DNA of 64,000 nt from the NCBI GenBank assembly GCA_029351405.1, contig GCA_029351405.1_4841.1. The stretch is one strand, 5' to 3'. Origin of the DNA: Escherichia coli. GTDB taxonomy: Bacteria > Pseudomonadota > Gammaproteobacteria > Enterobacterales > Enterobacteriaceae. Shown here in pieces: positions 1 to 6,709 of this stretch; the first letter of the stretch is position 1, and every line of letters starts with the position of its first letter. The position numbers and the translations under genes are program-made. The notes under the pieces are model-generated. The model saw only the letters and a program-made list of their open reading frames with translations, was not told where the DNA came from and searched no databases.

Positions 1-1256
1 AGGACATGGTGTCTTGTGCTCAAACAGGTTTTCGTTTTCGTTGTGCGTGACTTTGCGGGTTTTTAGAAACTGACCAAGCAAATAACTGCTAATGATTCCG
101 AAGTTCTGATGGCGGCGTAACAGCCTATAAGTCAGTGAGGTCTTCCGATTCCTCATCACCAAATTCGGCGCACTAAAATAGACGGGAGGGTGTGATTAAT
201 AATCTCCCGTCGACAATGCCGTTATATCTGACTGCCCAAAGGGGATAAGCTCCTGAGTAAGCAGAGGTGGGTTGCCTAAGTCAGATGGGATGTAAGGTCA
301 GCGCTGGCCGAGCATTTGGGTTCGACTCCTAAAAACGGCTCCACATCTTTGAGGATATTCTCACGAGTATCTTGAAAGATGTGAGCGAAGTCTTGCCATC
401 AGCCCTGATCCCTGGCAGGTGAAGGGCACACAAATCGAAGTGCCTTGACAATTTATCTTAAACCCAAAGGTTGATCTACAAATTGGGCGGCCAATCCGGT
501 GGACGATAACAGCATATTGGGCCATACTGTTGAGTCAGGGCACTTCGATTTGTGAACTTGAGATAGCGCTGGGTGAAAAAGATCAGTGCCTTGTAGACTA
601 AGTGCCTATGCATTCCGGACACTGGTGGGCACCAGGAACAACTCAAAATAAGCAGGCCATCAAGGGTAGCTCCCTGGTGTGACGAACAATGAGTGACCGT
701 ACTAAGGGGAAACCCGAGACAGGTATAGTATTCTCAAGTTCACAAAATGAAGAGCATTTAAAGAGTTCGATTCTCTTTCAGGCCATTCGTGGTGTGATGT
801 GAGTCATGAATGTTCTTCATCTTTGGGTGATTCTATGTTGTCGGGCTATCAACCCATGCTTGCTGGAGCAACCAGCGGCTCTGAATCAACCAGCCAGTCT
901 CGTTTGGTCCGAGCGTTAGAGGACAAGTTGCTTCTACATGGAAGCTGCGAGTTGTAACATTTGGTTGCAACTTTGATGGCTCTGGATTTATAAACCATGT
1001 CTATGGGTGACGCGGGATCTTTAATACCAGAGCCATCAAAGTTGTGTCCAACCCGATCTTACAAGCCCGTATCCCGGTCTGGTTAAGACTTGTAAGTGGA
1101 AAGCCCTGGAAAAATAAACGCCTGTGGCGAGGCTATGGTGCAAGCCAAAGACCCACAGAAGCGCATGCCGTGAGGCAGCACAAAGAGGCCTGCATGAACT
1201 GATCATGCACAAACGGGATAAAGGGTTGACAGTCCTTGGTTGGTACACAATAATTT

Positions 1257-1333
1257 GGTCCTGTAGCTCAGTCGGTTAGAGCAGTGAACTCATAATTCAT
1301 TGGTCATTGGTTCAAACCCAATCAGGATCACCA
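1257..1333 (+). tRNA. tRNA with CAT anticodon (Met, or Ile if lysidine-modified)
   Basis: Cloverleaf folded by eye: acceptor GGTCCTG/CAGGATC, anticodon stem GTGAA/TTCAT with loop CTCATAA, T-arm ATTGG-TTCAAAC-CCAAT, encoded CCA at 1331-1333. Confidence 0.75.
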
Positions 1334-1504
1334 TATTGAGGGGCGATAGTTTAATGGATAGCTGTCCGGACAGTGAATCCTCATAGAGAACGGCTGGGTG
1401 GCCAAACCCAGCAGGTGAGGTGAAAAGCCTCAGACCCCGCCAATACAGTTTGTTGTAAAATAAATGTTTGTTCAATAAACTTTATATGGTATAGTGATTT
1501 GCAA

Positions 1505-1580
1505 GACGATGTAGTTCAGTCGGTAGAACGGCGGTCTGTTAAACCGTATGTCGCAGGTTCAAGTCCTGCCATCGTCGCCA
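1505..1580 (+). tRNA. tRNA-Asn (GTT)
   Basis: Acceptor GACGATG/CATCGTC, D-arm GTTC-AGTCGGTA-GAAC, anticodon stem GCGGT/ACCGT with loop CTGTTAA, T-arm GCAGG-TTCAAGT-CCTGC, 3' GCCA. Confidence 0.8.
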
Positions 1581-1837
1581 GACAATGGGTGTGAACGAAA
1601 GTGAATAGGCATAAAGTACGCGACCGACAAGCTCCAAGCCTCTGTCCAATAGCCGAACGGAATCCGAAGACGACGATAGTAGCACTCACCAAATTCAGAG
1701 TGTAGAGGCTACAGTAGTGCGCACCTCACGGGTTGCTACACCGGACACTCTGATACAAATCTACCGCTGCGTGGATTAGCTGAGGAAGGATGGCCGATGT
1801 CCTCGAGCGTGGCCCAGCACGCAGCGGCAGACCAAAT

Positions 1838-1921
1838 GTGAGTGTGGCAGAGCGGTCGAATGCAGGAGACTGTAAATCTCCCCGTAACAGCGCGGTGGTT
1901 CGAATCCATCCACTCACACCA
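1838..1921 (+). tRNA. tRNA-Tyr (GTA), class II with long variable arm
   Basis: Acceptor GTGAGTG/CACTCAC, anticodon stem GGAGA/TCTCC with loop CTGTAAA, ~12 nt variable region, T-arm GGTGG-TTCGAAT-CCATC, 3' ACCA. Confidence 0.7.
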
Positions 1922-2141
1922 AACACAGTAAGCGTTGCAGCCAGCTGTGTATAAAATGGGGTGACTCCACATCGGAAACGATGCCCCAACTTCCAGAAAT
2001 GGTCGGGCGCAAAGCCTGTAAAGTTCCAGGAGATCGAACCAGAAGGCACTGGTCGCCAGTTAACCAATCGGCGCTGAGAAGCGCGGGGAGTTGGGCTACG
2101 GCAGATCAAATGCTCAATCGGGTGTGAAGCCCGTCCAAATT

Positions 2142-2230
2142 GGAAGGTTGCCCGAGAGGTTTAAGGGACTCGACTGCTAATCGAGTGGGGCTTTTAGCCC
2201 CCGAAGGTTCGAATCCTTCACCTTCCGCCA
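2142..2230 (+). tRNA. tRNA-Ser (GCT), class II with long variable arm
   Basis: Acceptor GGAAGGT/ACCTTCC, anticodon stem CTCGA/TCGAG with loop CTGCTAA, variable stem-loop GGGGCTTTTAGCCCC, T-arm GAAGG-TTCGAAT-CCTTC, 3' GCCA. Confidence 0.8.
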
Positions 2231-2447
2231 AATTACGGGCGTGACTTCCTGAAGAGTTAGAAGATGTGCATGTCGGCTCTCTCGTAATCGGGGTGTTTAG
2301 GAAGTTAAGAAAATCGCGGCGAGGATAGTGAAATGCAAATAGCTTTCTCTACGTCGACGACTTCAGGTTCGACTCCTGACGCGCTCTCCCATAGGGCAGT
2401 ACCAGTGCAAGCGTGTAGTCTTTCAACCCATTCCATCGATGTGGTAT

Positions 2448-2477
2448 AGCCGGATATCCTATCCGGCTTTCTTTTTA
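2448..2477 (+). terminator. Rho-independent terminator closing the tRNA cluster
   Basis: Hairpin AGCCGGAT-(ATCCT)-ATCCGGCT followed by TTCTTTTTAT. Confidence 0.6.
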
Positions 2478-2600
2478 TCCCTGTCTTATTATCTTCTTAT
2501 CGACCCAAGCATGTCCTCCTTTATCGTAGTTTGTTCAATGATACAAAGGGGGTTTAAAATTTAACCGTTAACCCCCTATCATAGATTTGAGGATATACTA

Positions 2601-3245
2601 ATGCGTAATGTTTCTATCTGGGAATTGAACGAAGTGATTTCCCGTGACACCCCTCCAATTGTCAGACTCTTCCGATACAAGGGTGTCAAGCGTACTCTGA
2701 ATGAGTTCCTGTCGCCTGTTTACGTCTACCGTGATGGCGGGTTCTTCCGCCGCGATAAAAACATCCCGAACCTTGGTATGACGTTTGATTTGAGTATCAA
2801 AGGCCAGGTTGTATTGATGGGTTATGGTAGCCTGGAACAATCTGAGAAAGGCCAGGGCGCTCCACTTATGGTCTTCGGTTCGTTTGAACAAGCCGTGCAC
2901 TGGCTGATCAGAAACGGATATGATTTCTATGGCGAAGAAAGCGCCAATTGGCGTCGTCGCAAGGTCAAGTCTGTTGATTTCTACGCAGAGCGCAAGAAAT
3001 ATCTGGATATCGCTCATCAGTATGAGCAGTCTAAGAAATCCGTTCTAATCAAACCATGCGTTACGGTCGGTGAAGAAGTGGGTGTCGTGGATAATTCCGA
3101 TTTGAATCAGGCAATTAAATCTTTGAATCCAACTCCTCCGGCCAGTCGTGTTCTGAATGATCAGGGCGCTCCGGTAAAACAAAAGGTCAAGAAGCCGACT
3201 TTCATGGAAAACATGATGAAGTTCCTTCGTCTGTTCAAGAAATAA
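2601..3245 (+). CDS. hypothetical protein (214 aa), basic C-terminus
   Basis: ATG preceded by GAGGAT RBS; first ORF after the tRNA cluster; no motif recognised. Confidence 0.6.
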   Translation: MRNVSIWELNEVISRDTPPIVRLFRYKGVKRTLNEFLSPVYVYRDGGFFRRDKNIPNLGMTFDLSIKGQVVLMGYGSLEQSEKGQGAPLMVFGSFEQAVHWLIRNGYDFYGEESANWRRRKVKSVDFYAERKKYLDIAHQYEQSKKSVLIKPCVTVGEEVGVVDNSDLNQAIKSLNPTPPASRVLNDQGAPVKQKVKKPTFMENMMKFLRLFKK

Positions 3246-3314
3246 GCCGAGATTCTCCTTTTCTATACTCCTGTAGATACACTATGATAAGCCAATGTCT
3301 ACAGGAGAAATAGA

Positions 3315-4508
3315 ATGAACAAAACCATCTTCGATACCCTTTCCCTCGACCGCAACCTGGTCCATTGGGAAGATTATCTCTACAAGCACACCCCGTGCGA
3401 ACTTGTCGTCAACCCCGAAACCAACCAGCAGGTCTGGTTCAAGCGTGAAGATTATTTTGCGCCGCTGTCCAATTACGCGGATGGCCAACAGGGTATCAAC
3501 GGCAGCAAACTCCGCCAGGCCATCTGGCTGATGGTTGAGCACCTCAAGGCCGGAGGCTCCCCTGATATCATTCATGGTACTGTTGTTGGTAGCCCGCAGT
3601 CCCCTATGGCGACAGCAGTCTCTCGGCACTTCGGCGGCAAGACAACCACTGTGCTCGGAGCGACCAAACCCACCACCTGTATGAACCACGACATGGTGGC
3701 AATGTCAGCCTGGTTTGGTAGTGAGTTCAACTTCGTCGGCTCGGGTTACAACAGCACCATCCAGCCGCGCTGTAAGAAACTCATCGAGCAGGTGAACCCA
3801 AAGGCGTACTATCTGGAATATGGTATCACCCTCGACCATACAGTGCATTCTCCTGAGCGCATCGCTGGCTTCCATATGCTGGGTGGCGAGCAGGTTGCCA
3901 ACATTCCTGATCACATTACTGACCTGATCATCCCAGCCGGATCGTGCAACTCTTGCACAAGCATCCTGACCGGGCTGGCAATGCATCCGAAGCCTAATCT
4001 GAAGCGTGTGTATCTGATCGGCATCGGTCCTAACCGCCTTGACTTTATCGAGAGCCGTCTGCGCATCATCGGCAAACATGCCAATCTGCCGCACATTGTC
4101 GACTTCACCCGTCGCTATCACGACAACCCAGACTATGTACACGGCAAGAAGGAGCTTCAGCATGCCTCTAAGAGCGTTTCGCTGGCTGGCCTCCTAAGTG
4201 GTATCAGGCAGAAGGAAGAGCCAGAGGTCGTGCTTCCTCGCTTTGAGGTACACCATTGGGATCTTCATACCACTAATTGGGTTCGTTACAATGACCTGAT
4301 GGAATATCAGTGGGGTGATATTGAGTTGCATCCTCGCTATGAAGGCAAGGTCATGACCTGGGTTCAGCAGAACAAGCCAGAGCTGCTCAATGAGAACACT
4401 CTGTTCTGGATTGTGGGTAGCAAGCCGTACATTGAGCCAATGAAGGCAGCATGCCCTGAGCTGGCTATCCCTGAAACAGTTCCTGTAAACGATTTCACCC
4501 CTTCCTGA
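3315..4508 (+). CDS. PLP-dependent enzyme, fold-type II (ACC deaminase / D-cysteine desulfhydrase / cysteine synthase-like)
   Basis: 397 aa; KREDY...NGSKLRQAIWLM resembles the KRDD...GGNKxRKLE lysine-Schiff-base region of the ACC-deaminase/DcyD family; GGAG RBS upstream. Confidence 0.6.
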   Translation: MNKTIFDTLSLDRNLVHWEDYLYKHTPCELVVNPETNQQVWFKREDYFAPLSNYADGQQGINGSKLRQAIWLMVEHLKAGGSPDIIHGTVVGSPQSPMATAVSRHFGGKTTTVLGATKPTTCMNHDMVAMSAWFGSEFNFVGSGYNSTIQPRCKKLIEQVNPKAYYLEYGITLDHTVHSPERIAGFHMLGGEQVANIPDHITDLIIPAGSCNSCTSILTGLAMHPKPNLKRVYLIGIGPNRLDFIESRLRIIGKHANLPHIVDFTRRYHDNPDYVHGKKELQHASKSVSLAGLLSGIRQKEEPEVVLPRFEVHHWDLHTTNWVRYNDLMEYQWGDIELHPRYEGKVMTWVQQNKPELLNENTLFWIVGSKPYIEPMKAACPELAIPETVPVNDFTPS

Positions 4509-4652
4509 CCCTCCTGAATACCCCATACATTCCGTGTGGGGTATCTATGAAAACCTTCCTCCAATATTTCCGAGAGGCGTCCTGTACAAACCAGACCTCG
4601 CCAAGCGGGAAGCCTAAATACCCCATATGGCTAACCCACTGAGGAACCCAAC

Positions 4653-5111
4653 ATGCCAACATCCAAATTGTTTGAATCAGAATACACCAATGACATCCCT
4701 GTATGGACTGGTGTTCAAGACGGTATCACGATTGAGCTGTTTGATCGTGAAGAGACAGGCGCGGAAGAGATCTATGCAGGCGTTGAAGGCACTGATGTTG
4801 TCCGCGCCGCCGTAGCACTTGCCACCTTCCTGGAAGATGCACCGATTGATGGCGTGCCGTTCGAGGCGCACGTAGATCCCAAGGATCCGACCTCTATCAT
4901 CATTACAGTGAATGGAGTGCCATACACTTCGTACAGTATCGAGACGGACGAAGAGGGCAGCGGAGCGCTGTATATTGCCACCGACCTGCAGCTGGAAGAC
5001 GATGAGATGGATTATCTGATTCAGAACGGGGTACTGCCACCGTTTACCGATGAAGAACTGGACACGGAACTGGCCGCCGTCGGGGACGACGAAGACTTCT
5101 GGGAAGAATAA
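4653..5111 (+). CDS. hypothetical highly acidic protein (152 aa)
   Basis: Asp/Glu-rich throughout, ending ...AAVGDDEDFWEE; followed by a bidirectional terminator. Confidence 0.6.
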   Translation: MPTSKLFESEYTNDIPVWTGVQDGITIELFDREETGAEEIYAGVEGTDVVRAAVALATFLEDAPIDGVPFEAHVDPKDPTSIIITVNGVPYTSYSIETDEEGSGALYIATDLQLEDDEMDYLIQNGVLPPFTDEELDTELAAVGDDEDFWEE

Positions 5112-5142
5112 GAAAAGGGGCGTTAAGCCCCTTTCTTTATTT
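5111..5142. terminator. Bidirectional intrinsic terminator between convergent genes
   Basis: Hairpin AGGGGC-(GTTAA)-GCCCCT flanked by an A-run upstream and TTCTTTATTTC downstream. Confidence 0.6.
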
Positions 5143-5149
5143 CTTCACA

Positions 5150-5707
5150 TTAAAGGTGGGAATCCAGCCAGGCGTTCTTTTCGTTCTGCCACTCCCAAGC
5201 GGCCTGGCCGCCAGCCATGATCACTTCCAGGGAAGGAGTATTGTCATCCTCGCCGCCGTGAAGGTCAGGGTCGAAGCCGTCATCTTCAGGATCGTCTTCG
5301 CATTCATTCTGATAAGCGGAATATTCGATGTAATGGGCTTCAGCATCGCAATCCATGTCACCCAGAGCAGCCTCAAGAGTCATTTTACCTTCAGCGATCA
5401 GTTCGGCAGTCGCGTCGTCCAGGCCTGCGTCTTTCGCTTCAACGAACAGTTCGTGGCGTTTCTGGAAAAGGAAGAAGTTCATGGCTTCAATGCGCGAGTC
5501 GAAGTACTCTTTGCGGGGAATCATGATTTCACGACCATCGACTTTGCTTACCATCAGCAGGCATGAACCGTATTCAACCAGGTAGCGACCGCCTTTCACT
5601 GGGTTGGAACCGTCAATTGTGCCCAGAGTGGTGATTGCGCGGCCTTCTTCAGTACCGTACATTACAGTTTTGCCAGATTTGGATTGAGCGATAATTTCGA
5701 TTGCCAT
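5150..5707 (-). CDS. hypothetical protein with acidic C-terminal half (186 aa from internal Met)
   Basis: Start moved to MAIEII (CAT at 5705-5707) with AGGA RBS; the track ORF extends to 5794 through a low-complexity N-terminus. Confidence 0.55.
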   Translation of the reverse strand: MAIEIIAQSKSGKTVMYGTEEGRAITTLGTIDGSNPVKGGRYLVEYGSCLLMVSKVDGREIMIPRKEYFDSRIEAMNFFLFQKRHELFVEAKDAGLDDATAELIAEGKMTLEAALGDMDCDAEAHYIEYSAYQNECEDDPEDDGFDPDLHGGEDDNTPSLEVIMAGGQAAWEWQNEKNAWLDSHL

Positions 5708-5802
5708 GATGTATTTCCTTCTCTTCAGATTGTTGTTTGTTCGTACTACAATTAGAAGTATACGCCAGTTATTGAAGAAGTAAACTTTATTCAATAAATA
5801 TT

Positions 5803-6015
5803 TTAATAAATTTTGAACTCTGCTCCCCTGTACGTCGCCGTCCCTCGTTCTATGAGGCCGTCAGGGACAATTACCTTTGTTGGCCAACCACCATCTGGAG
5901 CCTTAATAGTCAGGCGCGTCTTATGATCACCCAGCTGTGTTTGTTCATAGATCCTTCCGCGTACTATCGTCGCCCCGCCCTGGGTGACAAGCAATCTCTT
6001 GTTTACCACATTCAT
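5803..6015 (-). CDS. hypothetical small protein (70 aa)
   Basis: ORF in the same orientation as its neighbours, bounded by terminator-like hairpins. Confidence 0.4.
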   Translation of the reverse strand: MNVVNKRLLVTQGGATIVRGRIYEQTQLGDHKTRLTIKAPDGGWPTKVIVPDGLIERGTATYRGAEFKIY

Positions 6016-6020
6016 TCCCT

Positions 6021-6052
6021 AAACACCAAAAGAAAGGGGAGTTTCCTCCCCT
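6021..6052 (-). terminator. Intrinsic terminator (minus strand)
   Basis: Hairpin AGGGGAG-(TTTC)-CTCCCCT with a T-run on the minus strand just after the 6058-6648 stop. Confidence 0.55.
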
Positions 6053-6057
6053 TGAAC

Positions 6058-6648
6058 TTATTTCTTCAGATCAGGCCACGCACCAGAGGTCGCAGTAGAC
6101 CCAGCTGGGGGAGCAGACTCAAGATCGGGAGAACCCGACTGAGTAACAACAGTGGGATCTTTCTGTACGACCCGAACCCCAAATTGCTTGAGAGCATCCA
6201 TAGCTTGGGCTTTTCGCCTGTTGCTTTTGTAGTGGTTGTAGCCTTTGATACCGAATGATGCACTAATTGCTGTCAATAACGAATAGGTATACCATTCAGG
6301 TGCGGTATCTAGTGCCTGAAGGCCACCGATTACTGCTTTGATGAAATCCCCTTTATGATACTCACCAGGGAACAGAATCAGTTCCACAACCGGAGCAGTC
6401 ATGACGAGGATGGCGGGTATGGCCAACACGATAGTCCAGAATTCGTCTTTCCAAGACCCGCCGACTTCGGTGATCTTAGACAGCTCCCAATCTGAGGAGG
6501 ACTTGATGGCCTCCAGCTTGACGTCGTGTTTGGCCTGTACAACTTCCCGCTTATATTGGATCAAATCAGTCCCGAGGTTCCAGAGTTGCTTGAGCGCCCC
6601 TGGGATCATACCAACGAGGGGGATTGCCATAATAAACTCCTTGGTCAA
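6058..6648 (-). CDS. hypothetical membrane protein (196 aa)
   Basis: Hydrophobic segments (IPLVGMIPGAL, FWTIVLAIPAILVMTAPVV); divergent from the DNA polymerase gene. Confidence 0.5.
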   Translation of the reverse strand: MTKEFIMAIPLVGMIPGALKQLWNLGTDLIQYKREVVQAKHDVKLEAIKSSSDWELSKITEVGGSWKDEFWTIVLAIPAILVMTAPVVELILFPGEYHKGDFIKAVIGGLQALDTAPEWYTYSLLTAISASFGIKGYNHYKSNRRKAQAMDALKQFGVRVVQKDPTVVTQSGSPDLESAPPAGSTATSGAWPDLKK

Positions 6649-6709
6649 TGAATGGCTCTATGGTTAAATATGCCCACGTGCTAACGGCACGGATAACCTG
6701 GAGAATTAC

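Noticed and set aside
1339-1450. Possible extra tRNA beginning GGGGCGATAGTTTAATGGATAG
   Set aside because: D-arm-like start, but no complementary 3' acceptor strand and no canonical T-loop could be found on either strand; left as unassigned RNA-like sequence.
1036-2109. Minus-strand ORFs in the tRNA cluster (1036-1248, 1290-1475, 1726-2109, 1736-1972)
   Set aside because: They overlap confidently folded tRNAs or lie in a region with no RBS, no co-orientation and no coding periodicity; most likely chance ORFs in RNA-gene DNA.
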